DNA from: Vezdaea acicularis
Taxonomy: Eukaryota
Direction: 5' to 3'
Length of the DNA: 64,000 nucleotides
NCBI GenBank assembly: GCA_026025075.1
Contig: JAPEUI010000014.1
Span: 62,001 to 126,000 of the forward strand
Made by a program: the position numbers and the translations under genes. Shown in pieces: positions 34,401 to 46,559 of the stretch. Positions within the stretch are counted from its first letter, which is position 1; the number at the start of each line of letters is the position of its first letter. A model generated the notes under the pieces. That model was not told the origin of the DNA. It saw nothing but the letters and a program-made list of their open reading frames with translations, and made no database searches.

Positions 34401-37014
34401 CTAGCTATGAAGCCTCCTGCTCGCCTTCTGCAGGTCTTGGAACGCGTTGTCGATGCCCCGCTTGAGCTCCCGATAGCTGACCACGATGCAGTTCTGCTCG
34501 TCGCGGCTGATGAGCGTGATTTTCTCGTCGATGCCGGCATCAAGCTTGGCGAGGCACGTCAAGACGTGGGTGATATCAATCACGGGGTTTCCCTGGGCGT
34601 CCGTCTGATGGAAGACATAGTCGCGGAAGAGCTTGAGGTAGTACCGCTCGCCAGACTCGGACCATCGAGGGTCGTGCTCGAACTCGGGTCGTTCGTTGAT
34701 GTAGTTGAGCTTCATCATCAGTCGCGTGACGCGCGCGTTTTCGAGCTCGCGGTTGATTTCGGTGTTGAGTTGGTCGTTTTGATGAAGGGTCTCGTCGAAT
34801 GATGTGACGAGGTGCCCGCCGATACCTCCCAGTAGCTGGTCGACCGTCTTGAGCTCTTGGCCAAGCTGTGGCGCTAATAACCACTGCACTACTTCTTTCA
34901 GCTTGCTCGTGTACGTACGCATCATCTGTGTTAGAGAACTGCCAAGCTCGTGCACGGCCATAGGATTTCGGAAGGCGATCGTTACTATCAACCGGCCCAG
35001 TTGGATAAGATCCTCATGTTGTAGCTCACTAACGACTTTGCCAAAGTCATGCTGAACGACATCAAGAATTGCGCAGGCGTTCAAGCGTATTCGGTTCTTG
35101 CTGGTGAGAATGATTTTGCCCGGGTCAATCAAGCGAGCGGCTAGTCCAGTTTGATGGATAGCCTTTAGAGCGGATGCTATCTGCACTAAATAGCTCCATA
35201 GCACTTGCTCAGGCACCGGCTGTAGATGATTTCGATTTTGGTATCGACTTTGTTGACGGAAGTGTTCCTCCGCTAGGGTTTTGGAGAGGGGATGATAGTC
35301 GGTGACAAAGATAAGGGAGCTGTCCCCGAAAGCTCTTGTTGTGAAGGCGTCGTGCACGGTCACGACGTTGCCATTGTCGATCCGCTTCCATGCTTGAACA
35401 GTCCGGATTGACTTTTCGTTTGTAAGGCGATATCCTAGGATTTTGTTTCTTTAGGCAAGATTCACAAAGCGTCGAGGGGGAGAGCCAGCAAGCATACCTT
35501 CAAGACGTCTCAGGGCGTACCACTTCCCGTCTTTTGCGGAGACAGCCTTATATATCCACGTAGGATAGCCAAAAGTCGTAGCGCTTTTCATGTTTGTTGT
35601 GTCTAATGGTACGAGAGAATGGAAATGATCGACCTGCGTGGGTAGTGAAGAATTGGGGAGGACCTGGCGAGAAGCTTCCGCCTTGCGCTGCAATTCTTCT
35701 CGGAGATCGTCGGTGATGAAAAAGTCGTGAGCCGTGCGCTGAAAAGCAAGGAGATTCTCCCGATGAGGGCCTAGAGGGGCATAGAGGTGATAGTTCAAGG
35801 GCTGCGTAAAACTGGATTGATTTTGATAATAGGCGCCACCTACTGCACCCATAGTTGTTGCATCTTGTGCGTAGGGATTCATCTGGCTTTGTTGGTTCGC
35901 CCCAGCGCTAGTCCCTGGGAGCGTCGTAGAAGCTGTGTTATATGAGTCGTACGTATAGTTCGCGCCACTTGCTGGATTGTCTCCCTGGGGTGTCTTAGCA
36001 GCCATCTTTTGCGGTGCACCTGTTGAATACAACTGGCAACGAGTAGGAATTGGAAGAGCAAAGAGGATTTCGGACCCAAGCCAAATAAACTACGGACAAG
36101 CAACAATGCATTTATGATCTCTCGAGAAGCAAACATCGAAGGGCTACCTCAAAGGGGTTCTTGACACAGGGGTGTTTGTTGTCCATTTGCGGGTGCGCCC
36201 AAGGTAATCTGCTCTTAGGCAGGGATCACAAGCCAGACTTACCAATGAATAAGTATCATAAGTTTGAGGAATAAACTCCTGCGCCTCGGCAGCAGTCCAG
36301 TCGTGAGATAATGGTTCTTGCACCGGAGGCGTTTCGATGGCGTTCACTCGTATTGGTCAGCACCAGATATTGAGTCCAGAGGCGGCGGGGGGACCAACCT
36401 GTAGCTATACCTTTCGGCGTGAAGGGGGCTGCATTTGCAGCTTTGGGGGATATAGTTGTAATCTTGGGGGTCGTGGTGCCGTTGCTGGCTAATGATAATG
36501 GTGTGAATGCGGGCGACTCCACATTGAGTCTTTTTTTCAGGCTATAGGCCCAATGTCCATGAGCATCATTGCCCCATCGCAGCTTCTGAAATTGACCTGG
36601 ACGGTCGAACCTACCTTTCCGCCTGAGTCTGAGGCGTCTGGACCTTCATTGGGTCATGATTGAAAGCGCAGCCTTGATGAGACGCGTGAGCACAGCGCCA
36701 TGACTGGGGTAGTGGACAATCAAGTATCAGGTATGCACACCTTTATCCTCATATCTGCAATGACCGTAAATCGTCACATTACGACAGAGAGTGTCCTTTG
36801 CGCTTTCTTGAGTAGATTTCCGTTAGCGACTGTTTCAGTCCCGGACGTTCCCTGCATCTTCACGCAATCAAGTCCGTTACAGCAACCACATTTGTAAACT
36901 TGTGTGCAGTACCTCGGCTTTGGCACGGAAGCATATAAGCTGAGACGTACCGCGGCCCCTTGGTCTGGGAGATGGCTGGCTTCTCCCTGGAGATATCCTC
37001 ATGTTGCTCGCCAT
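34401..37014 (-). CDS. PAN3: PAN2-PAN3 deadenylase subunit Pan3
   Basis: MASN..SPRPKGR|ESAKDTLCRNVTIYGHCRYEDK|GCAFNH CCCH finger, PAM2-like AQEFIP, pseudokinase domain, ELENAR..KLNYINERPE, WSESGERY. Several introns including 35985-36242. Confidence 0.95.
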
Positions 37015-37765
37015 CTCCGATTCCGCTAGTTCTACTGCGGGAACAACCTCGTCGACATTTGTCTAGTTTGGCCATATCTGTCAGGTTCAACGCTATGGTT
37101 AACGGGGACAACAGAGGCACATACTCTGATCGGACACAACCGACCAACATGATCCCTTCAGGGGGTTTATTATAGGGCGATAATGACGGACACTGGCAGC
37201 GGCGCATGCGTATGGGTCAAGTAGGAGGTATTAAAAGCAAGGAATTGAAAGGCAGGCCAAGCTGCCGGGGCGCACTCGAGAACGTGTTGCGCACATTCAC
37301 TAAGGATGTGTTGAGTAGTCACGGGAAGTGCTGGATAAACATGAATGCGATGTGGTGCGCAGGACACAAAAGAACGGCCCTGAGCTGACTTCGAGTTGTG
37401 CGAGATTGCGATATGAGTGGGATGCGATGCATGTCCCTGAGGCGCGAGTCCCTCTAGCCTTACCGGCCGCTGGGGGGGAGGCTTGGATCTGCATTGTTAC
37501 ACCAGTTCCTTTCCGGGCTAGCGACGTCGACGTCTGGCACCGTCTGGCACCGTGTGTTCGGCTTCTAAACTTATTTCGATGAGGTGCCTAGTGGAGCCTT
37601 GCAACGACCTGTTCTCTTCCCCTCTTCTCCTCTAAAAGGCGGATCAACTCTCCCCAAGTAGAACCTCGTTGAATCCTGCGTCAATTCCTCCATCTTGGCT
37701 TTTTTGGTTTCCGCGTTCTAATGGTCCAACGAGTGCGGTCGACAATACCTCATTAACCTTGAGCT

Positions 37766-39355
37766 ATGGCTCCTCCAGAGATCGACATCGCCGAGCTTTC
37801 TGAAAATCAGCAACTAGCTTTACAACAGTTTACTTCGGTTACCGATCAAGAACTTGAAGCGGCTGTTCCATTGCTGCAACGATCCGAGTGGAACGTACAG
37901 GTAATTAAGCCTGAATCCACATGTCTTGCGACGAAGCTGATATCTTGTGAATAGATAGCCATTGCAAAGTTCTTTGACGGAGAGACTACGGATCCTGTTG
38001 CAGAGGCTCTACAGCGGCAGGAAAATACACCACCGCCACCTCGACAAGTCCGACGAACGGAGAGCATACTGGAAAGTCTCTCCAGCAGACGAGATGTCCA
38101 GCCTCCTGGCCTAGATCCTGCTCCGAGAATAGTCCCCCAGTCTGACTCTTTAGCCGGGCGTCGTATGCCGTTCATATTCACAATAATACTTACACCCATC
38201 CGCCTTGTCTATTATATCGTCTCCAGAATACTCAGCACCTTCACACGTTTGTTTCCGTTCTTACCTCGAATCCTACACCAAGACCCAAGCGGGCCCGGCA
38301 TCTCAAGGTCTTTGAGGAACACGACAGGGAGGAGATCACTCAACCCACGAGATGCAGCGGCTAGGTTTAATCGTGAGTTTGAAGAGGAGTATGGTTCGCA
38401 CGCGTTACACTTCTACGAAAATGGCTACGCCCAAGCGCTTGATGTGGCGAAGAGGGATCTAAAGTTCTTACTGGTTCTACTCTTTTCACCCGAGCACGAT
38501 GACACCCAAGGGTTCGTCCGAGACACCCTACTTTCCAGTGAGGTGGTGGAATATCTCAATGACCCACAAAACAACATCATGATCTGGACCGGAAACGTCC
38601 GAGACTCGGAGGCTTATCAAGTGGCGAACGCCCTTAATTGTACAAAATTCCCTTTCACCGGTTTGATATCTCTTACACCCCAAGTGTCCACAACTTCAAT
38701 GTCCGTCCTGACACGAGTCGTCGGACCTACACCTGCAAGCGCATACATAGCTAAGCTACAGACTGCGATATCTCAACATTCAGAAGCCTTGGATACGGTA
38801 AGGTCTACTCGAGACGCCCAGCGAGCCGAGCGCAGCCTCCGAGAGGAGCAGAACTCAGCCTATGAACGATCTCTCGAGATTGATCGGAGGAGAGTAGAAC
38901 AGCGGCAAGCGGCGGAAGCAGCGAAAGCGAAGCAAGAGCGGGAGGCTCGAGAGAAATCCCAGGCCGAGACGAAGAAAGCGAACGATATTAAGCAGTGGAA
39001 GCAGTGGCGGGCCCGGAAACTCCACCCGGAACCCTCATCAGAAGACAAAGATGTCTCGAAGATCAGCCTCCGGATGCGGTCGGGCGAGCGAGTCCTCCGG
39101 ACCTTTGCAGCTACCGATAGCATCGAGGAGCTCTATGCGTTCGTGGAGTGTCACGATGAACTTCAAGCAGTTGGCTCATCTGAGAAGGATGTCGAAGCTC
39201 CCATTGGCTTTCAGCATACGTACGGTTTCCGCCTCGTCTCGCCGATGCCTCGGACCGTGTATGAGTTGGAGGCTGGTGGGACGGTGCGTGAGCGCGTTGG
39301 CAGGAGCGCTAATCTTATCGTTGAGTCGATTGCTGACGATGACGAGGAGGAGTGA
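37766..39355 (+). CDS. UBA-UAS-UBX domain Cdc48/p97 adaptor (FAF2/UBXD8-like)
   Basis: UBA-like N-terminus (LQQFTSVT..SEWNVQIAIAKFF), hydrophobic hairpin, UAS (FYENGYAQAL..CTKFPF), coiled coil LREEQNSAYERSL, UBX with SPMPR. Intron ~37901-37954. Confidence 0.9.
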
Positions 39356-39693
39356 TTACGGGTGCCCAAATAATGAACACGGAGGTGAAATACTGGCATA
39401 GTAGGCGCAATATCGAGGCAGGACAAGCTGAAACCATTGCGATGGCGTTTCTAATCTTGCCTTTAGAATACCCAATACCAATGAAGTTTCTGGCACAGCT
39501 TTCGCCGTGTGGATATCTCGCAACAGCTCACAGAATACCTCATTCACCGTCCCTGCCGAAGATTCACTGTCCATTCCCACTATGTCTCCCGTGTGGGTGG
39601 AAAAAGAGCACTCGGTATTTCTTTACTCACTCGCGTTTCTTCGATCTGGCTAAGTCCTTTGTCAGTTGAGCTAAACTTATGTACGGCAAACTC

Positions 39694-41046
39694 ATGACTA
39701 CCCAGAAAGACAATATCAAGCCCACTCACATCTCCGAGCCTCTTTTCACCACCAGCCATACCGAGGAGGTGGTGAGCCCGGAAAAGCCTACTCTGATGCA
39801 AGACAACATCATTCCCTCTTACCACGCTGACGAGGCTTCAAGCCTGACAGCCGATCCGTCACTATTAGACGATGTGCTCTCGTGCTCCGCGCCCAAAGCA
39901 CCAGCATGGGTCTCCAAGTGGAAAGCCCTCCTTGGGGCTTCCGACGAGGTCTTTGATGATGATGATGATGCTACTGATGCAGCGTCCAGCACCTCGTCCA
40001 TACGAACCCTCTCCCCTCCCCCTTCTCCTCCACCATCATCCCTATCCACATACCCCCAACTGATAACAGACATCCTCAACACCGAAGACATCGAAGCCGA
40101 CGAATTCGACAAGATCCTCGCTGACCTAGAAACCTCAGCCTCAGCTACTGCCAACAGCCCCCTCAACCAATGGCTCCAGGCCGCTATAGCAGACACCCGC
40201 CGACGATTCACCGACCCATCCAAACATCCCAGCAGGATAGGAGCCGTCATCTACCTCCGCAGCATCTACGACCTCCTGAACTGGCTCCCCACCCCTCCCC
40301 AACCCGAACCCGTACCCGAACCCCCCGTCGACGAACCAACCCCTACCTCCATCCGCTCCGCCGCCCGCGCCCTCTGGCAAATACCCTCTCCCACCCACCA
40401 GACCCAGCGCCAGGAATTACGGCGACAAGAACGCATCGCGCGGCGCCTCGGCCACGAAAACGTCCTCGCCGCCCTCGAGAGCGACAAACAAGCTTTAAAC
40501 CTCGCCCGGCTACACTCATGCCAGCAGCTCCTCCTCGCCCGCGAAGCCGCCAACCTTCCCCCCACCATCCCTCCGCTCAAAGACGCCCTAAACAACCTCC
40601 ACATCCTGCACACATCCCACCTAACGCACCACCTCTCCTTTCTCACCCCCGCCCAAACAACCCTCCTCACCCTCCAGCCCCACCTCGCACTCTCCCACCG
40701 CGCCACCGCCGAACTCCCCCTTCTCCACTCCCAAACCTGCACCATCTCGCACATCCTCCACCACAGCCTGCTGCACACCGCGCGCAAACACGCAACCTAC
40801 GCTTCCCGCCTCAACGCCCGGGACGTGCTTGATCCCAACGAGCGCCGCGTGGTACGGGCCCGCCGGCAGAGCAGTCCGCTCGCTTGGGTCTATCTCGCGG
40901 CGGCGTATGCGGATTTGAAACTGCTGGCGGCCTGCGCGAGGGGGGTGGCGGTGATGTTTGAGGTCTTGGAGAGGGAGTTGGAATTGTTGAGGAGGTTGGC
41001 GGTGGGAATGGTTGTGCGGCTGGGGGCGGTGGTGGAGGCGCTTTGA
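39694..41046 (+). CDS. Hypothetical protein, no recognised domain
   Basis: About 450-codon uninterrupted ORF with the same C-ending codon bias as neighbouring genes. Acidic/Pro-rich N-half, helical Leu-rich C-half. Start uncertain (ATG at 39679 or 39694). Confidence 0.6.
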   Translation: MTTQKDNIKPTHISEPLFTTSHTEEVVSPEKPTLMQDNIIPSYHADEASSLTADPSLLDDVLSCSAPKAPAWVSKWKALLGASDEVFDDDDDATDAASSTSSIRTLSPPPSPPPSSLSTYPQLITDILNTEDIEADEFDKILADLETSASATANSPLNQWLQAAIADTRRRFTDPSKHPSRIGAVIYLRSIYDLLNWLPTPPQPEPVPEPPVDEPTPTSIRSAARALWQIPSPTHQTQRQELRRQERIARRLGHENVLAALESDKQALNLARLHSCQQLLLAREAANLPPTIPPLKDALNNLHILHTSHLTHHLSFLTPAQTTLLTLQPHLALSHRATAELPLLHSQTCTISHILHHSLLHTARKHATYASRLNARDVLDPNERRVVRARRQSSPLAWVYLAAAYADLKLLAACARGVAVMFEVLERELELLRRLAVGMVVRLGAVVEAL

Positions 41047-41308
41047 GGGCTGGGGATGGGGGGGATGGGGGGGATGGGCTCGTCATTAAGGGGGGTTTTC
41101 ATGGGTTTAGGTAGTCTCGGAGAGTTATCAGCAAGGATCACATTGTACGGTACCACCCCCATTCAGGGTTTTGGCACGAGACGGATGAGATGTTCGAAAG
41201 CGGTATTACCCCCACCCTCGTCTAATCCGGACGTGATGTGCAAGAAACGCCGGCCCATGGGTCTGCGACACGCAGGGAGGCAATAGGTATTGTAATGTAC
41301 ATAGAGAT

Positions 41309-41405
41309 CTACATCTACATACACATACACATACACATCCATATCCATCCCCGCTTCAACCTCCATCTTCACCTCCACGTCCACATCCACCTCCGCCTCC
41401 TCCTC
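41309..41405. repeat. Degenerate hexamer repeat (CTACAT/TACACA/TCCACN)
   Basis: Period-6 run between two convergent genes. Confidence 0.6.
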
Positions 41406-41742
41406 AGTCGAGATATCAGGGGAATAAGCAAAAGAAAGAGCCTCTAAAACACCACCGTCTATACAAGACATAGCTCTATACAGAAAAGCCAAAGGAAAAG
41501 CCAGGAAAGGGACAGGATAGGAACAAGGAGGATGAGAAAGAGGGTGGTAGTTGTTATGTGTGTGGTTGGTGGGGTACCCGTCAGAATGGGGGTACGGTGA
41601 CGAGTGTAGTTCGGGGTAGTGTCAGTGAAATTGATGATGTGGGTATGGCTTGCCTCCGTTCCGCCCTTCCTTTGTTCAGAAGGGGTTTTCTCCCTCTCCC
41701 TCCTTTTTTCGCCTCCGTCATTAGACGCGCGACCATTCCACC

Positions 41743-44207
41743 TCACTGATCCCGCACTTCCTTGATCGGATGAAGCCACATGGCGGGGGCGCACATCCTG
41801 CCATGCTCTGCCTCCCACTTCTCGCCGCCCCTAGAGCCATCGCGCCAGCCCAACCAGTTCTTATACAGCTTCGCCGGCAGGAGCGCATTATAATACCACG
41901 TGAAGCCCTCCATCGCCATCTCCCTTCCCCAGCCAAAGACGCTCAGCGCGCCACTACCGCTCTCGCCTCTCGGTCCAGGGTTGAAGATCTGGGTGAGCGC
42001 GTCATCGGGCCAGTCGCGGTCGAGGAAGATGGGATGGGGGGCATAGACGGCTTTGAGGCCGTGGTGGAGCGAGGCGGAGAGCGGCCACATCTCGGCCGTC
42101 ATGTGGTGGCCGCTGAGGTTCTCGGCGTGCATAAGGTCAAGCAGGCGCTTGCTGATGCGGAACTGGCAGATGATGGTCGTGCGGCGTGTCGTGCTCGTCT
42201 GCTCGTGATAGCCCCACAGCCAGTCGCGGAAGACCCAATTCGTCTCGATCGGGTCGAACAGGGGCAGCAGCGTGACCAGGTCGGCGTCCTCGCCCACGCC
42301 CCACTCGAAGGCGTCGCCGTCGGGGAAGAAGGATGGGGGCGTCGGCCCGAGCGGGGTGACGCCCTGTACCTTCGCGGGGCCCCATACGTGGTGCGAGGCT
42401 TGCGACTCGACGAATGAGCGGAATTGGGACTCGTACGGGCCGTGTGCGCTAGGGATGTAGAAGCGCTCATTGCGCTCCCAGAGGCCCTTGCGGGGCTGCG
42501 CGCGCGCAAAGGCATCGACAGTGTCGGTAAAGTGGAAGTGATGCCCCAAGTAGCGCGTGTCGATTTCGTAGTTCCAGTAGTAGTCGAACTCAGGGTGGTC
42601 GTGTGAGAAGCGCTGGAGGGGCATCCATTGCGATATGTAGACTCTGGTAGGAGGGATATGGTTAGTATGGGATGGAGAGAAGGGCGTGGCAAGGGGGACA
42701 TACTCGGACTCTAGCTCGAGGAGCGGGTACCACACTTTGTTCATTGACTCGTTCCAGAGAATGGTTATGTCCCAGAACTCTTTGGGGACGAACTTGCGGA
42801 TGACGGTCTTGTACAGTACGGGGTCGGAATAGATGGGTAGAGCGTTGTCCTTGACGTGCACCATCAGAAAGACCTCGTACTCGCCTCCCGTCTGGAGAGA
42901 GAGCTCGGTGATCATGGACCTGATCTGTTGCATGACGTTCTTGGAGTACTCATAGCCCGTCCAAGTCCGGATAAGCACCGCCGTCCTCTTTCGAGGTTTT
43001 GCGGTAGTGCTCCCAGGTGTTGGAGTCGGCTGCGATGCGGTCTTGGTCGTCGTGACGACCTCAATATTCCGTTCCGGGGTGACGTGGTAGTCGCTCTCGC
43101 GCGGAGTAAAGTCGAATCTCTCCTTGTTCCTCTCAACGCACTGCTTCTGCAACTGACCCCAGTTCGTATCATTCCAGTTGACCGCCTGTGGCTTGTGCCA
43201 GCCTTTGGTCCGGCCAGGCTTCTCCCCTTCCCCATATCCATATGCCCCCAAGCGTCCGTAGCGATCGAAACAGACGGATCCGTCCAAGCCGACGGCGTCG
43301 TAAGATCCCAGAGATGGCGACGGGTATTCTACACACCGTCTGTTAGCTCCCGCCATTATTGCACAGCTAGCGATGATCTCAAGTACCTTCTGGAACCCCA
43401 TCGTAAGCTAGCACCATGTCGTCAATGCTACTGTCGACTTCCACCCCCCTAGCACCAACGCAGGGCTGGTACTCCCCCCTCCACTTGCTTCTCCATTCGG
43501 TACTCGTGTAGTCGGGATATGGGTTGTAGACTTTGGCGACTGGTGTGGTCGCTGGTTTGGACGACTCCTGTCGGGGATCGTCCATGAGGACAGGGGCGTT
43601 CTTGCCGCGTTTGGCTGTAGTGTTCGTCACATTCAGGTAGCCCCCGTATAGTGCGGGTCTGAAGGCAGGTTAGCAGAAAGTTGAAATAGTCGGTGTCTGT
43701 CCCAACTCACTCTGTGAAGAAATCCCAGAACGGCCGATCGTCGTCCTCCGCCTCCTGCTTCTCCTTTTGTTTTTGTAGCTCCTTGTCGCGCTCTGGGAAG
43801 GAATCTTCTGGCAGAACAGGCTCATCCTCTTCGTCTTGCTCCTCCTCTTTCTCCTTCTCTTCGTCTTGCTCCGAATGAGACTGATACTGCTCCTGTTGTC
43901 TTGACTTTCCTTCTTCTTCGTGCTTCTGCTCTTCTTGTTTTACCTCCTGCTGGCGCTGCTGCTCCTTGGGCTCCTCGTCGACGGCCTCGTATGTGCCTAA
44001 GGGTACCCCAGGTGTCTTGACCAGACCAGCCGCTTGCTCCACTGCACTGTCCTCGTGGTTGCGGTCGACGTGTGAAAGCAGGAACAGCATCGACACCACT
44101 ATTACCGCCGCAATAAGACATATTCGTCTCCGAAAATCTTTAACGCTAGATGTGGACCGCATGCTCGATAGTATGGGGGATCCTTTAGTCGGTGGAAAGG
44201 GCGCCAT
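41743..44207 (-). CDS. DUF3405-family type II membrane protein
   Basis: N-terminal TM (ICLIAAVIVVSMLFLL), YNPYPDY, GSYDAVGLDGSVCFDRYGRLGAYG, RTAVLIRTWTGY, YYWNYEIDTRY, LHHGLKAVYAPHP, WLHPIK. Three introns. Confidence 0.85.
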
Positions 44208-46203
44208 CTTCACAAGGGCCAGCCGAGTGGAAGAATGGACATGCCAGGTTTATGGTGGTCCAAAATGGGACGATGTCGTTGATGTTGTGCCCTGAACACT
44301 GAGGCTTTTGGGTTTCGAAAGACTATTCCGTATCGAAAAGCTAAGGGAGCGTCGTCCGACCCGCGGATGTTAGGGGTGAATGAGAGTTGGTCGCAACCGC
44401 ACAAGGATATTACGCTGCCGCGATTATCGAGAATGCTCAATTCAAAGAGATACGTGGATAAGGACCGGAAAGAGGTTGCAGGATAGGATAATCAGTCGGT
44501 TGCGCTATACGCTCAAAGACGATACAATTCGTAGAAGAGACGGTAGAAGAGAATGGATGGGAGCAGCTAAGCCCCGTGTTTCGAAGGTCTACGACAACAA
44601 CGATGGAAAGAGTGGAAAGTCTACAGAGAGAAGATAGTACGAGACGTCGTCAGACAATAGTGTTTCTTAATGACAGGCAGCGAGAGGCATAGGGAATATT
44701 TGAAGAAGCTTGATCCCTCCCCCCTCGTCGAGCAAGGGTAAGGGGGTGACAGGCGGGATTTGGCGGCAGCGACTTACTGTGGTTAGCACGAAAATCGATA
44801 CGGGCGGAGTTTAGCGCGAGTCCGGTGGGCCAAGGCCAAGCCCCGGGATTGGGGGGGGAGGCTTTTGCCGCGGAGCGAGACCGATCGGCCTGACCCCCAT
44901 CGCGAATAGACGTTGCTTCGTATCTATCATTGTTTTGCAGGCACGAAATGTTCATTTGTTCGATTGTAGACGCTGGGAGTTGTGGGTCCATGACGCAGTG
45001 TAGACGCCGTGCCGACCCACCGAACAGCGAGACGCGCGCTGGGTGACGACCGTGCATCGTCTCAAACATGGGCACTTCTGTCAGGATGCATCCGCGCAGC
45101 ATACAGTCAGCCTGTGAAACGCGTGGGAAGTGGCAGAGACTGGGCGACTTCGAGGTTCAGAGGTCGGTGGACAGGGCGCAGAGGGGGTGGTTGGTAGGCA
45201 GAACATGTGTCGCACGCGGGGGGGAGGGGCGGAGAGCGGGGATCATTGGCGGAGAGGAGACCTCTCGGGAGCCGGAGCGGACTACTGTAGAGTAGCACGC
45301 GGTAGAGCGGAAGGGCTGAGGAGTTCGTTCGATGTCGAATGGCGTGCTGCGCGATGGCATGTGCTACCGTATCCCCCCTCTCTCCGTCCCTCGAACCCGC
45401 TACATCACCGCTACCTCCTCTCCCCTCATCGGACATGTGTATCCTCCTGTTTCAACGGATGGGCTGGCCATCGTTTCACGGCCGACCGTCTCCCACATCC
45501 ACCCAACGCTAAAGCAGGGGGCCAGGAGCGGCCTAAGCGACGGGCCCTGCATCGTCCAGCCAGGGAGCCCCCTCTGCTGACATCTCCCCAAGAACCTGCT
45601 CCAATCAACGCGAATGGTGAGGGATCCTCGAACGAGCTCTCCACTCGTGTCGCCTTCTTTTGCATCATGTCGTGAGCGATAGGTAGCCTTTAGCGCGCGA
45701 TACCCTCCATCCTGCCGATCAAGCGCGACAAGCCAACGCTCTCTATCAAAAAACAACACACAAAACGCGCGGTGGGTGAACGATTCAAGTCAAACTCAGT
45801 GCTGCTGCACACAATAGAAGGGGACACTGCGCTTATGCCAGCCAGCCACGCAATGCCCCCCTCACCGTCCTGTGTCCATATCTCAGAAATGAAGCCGAGA
45901 AGCTTGGCAATAAATACTATGCCGCATCCGTCAACGCCATAGGGAGCGGGCGATGAGGCTCGGCCGGTGGAGATTATCCACTAACTTACGGATCTCGGCG
46001 ACAGATCGAACAGGGGGAAAACACCCCCACCACCAGCACCACACCCGCTAGTTGGTGTGGTCTGGATTGGAGGGGTTTGCATGCTACGGATTGAGGGGTA
46101 AGTCACAACGAGGGATGTTGTGCGACATCGAGTTTTGTGCAGTAGCGCTATAGTAGACAGCTGTTGGTCACAATACACCAGCGGTTTTTCTATCTAGGAT
46201 AAA

Positions 46204-46378
46204 TGCAGAAATTAATTGTACGATGACAGGTACAAGACGACTATAATTGCTGCCAATAGGATGTAATCTATTAAGCATTAAACGTTTTGGCTTGTACAGA
46301 TATTAATTGTACGATACAAGGTACAAGACAACTAGAAGCGCTGCTAATAGTATGTAGCATATCAAACATTAAACGTTT
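46204..46378. repeat. Two-copy diverged AT-rich direct repeat, 91-bp period
   Basis: ATTAATTGTACGAT..GGTACAAGAC..GCTGC.AATAG.ATGTA..CATTAAACGTTT at 46211-46287 and 46302-46378. Confidence 0.85.
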
Positions 46379-46559
46379 CATGCTGTTTTCCTGGCAATCA
46401 AGCGGGTATCAGTGATTGAACACCCTAACGTGCGATTAGTTCCTGAGCAACTCCTCCTCAAAGGTATTAAGGGCGTCGGTTGGCACTTCAATACAGAAGA
46501 GAACCGGATAATGAAAAGCCATGGTGAAAGAAGCCTGTTAGCTGAGCCCTCTGCCAGTC

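Noticed and set aside
41163..41492. ORFs with VDVDV/HIHIH repeats
   Set aside because: Translation of a hexamer microsatellite in a 3' intergenic region.
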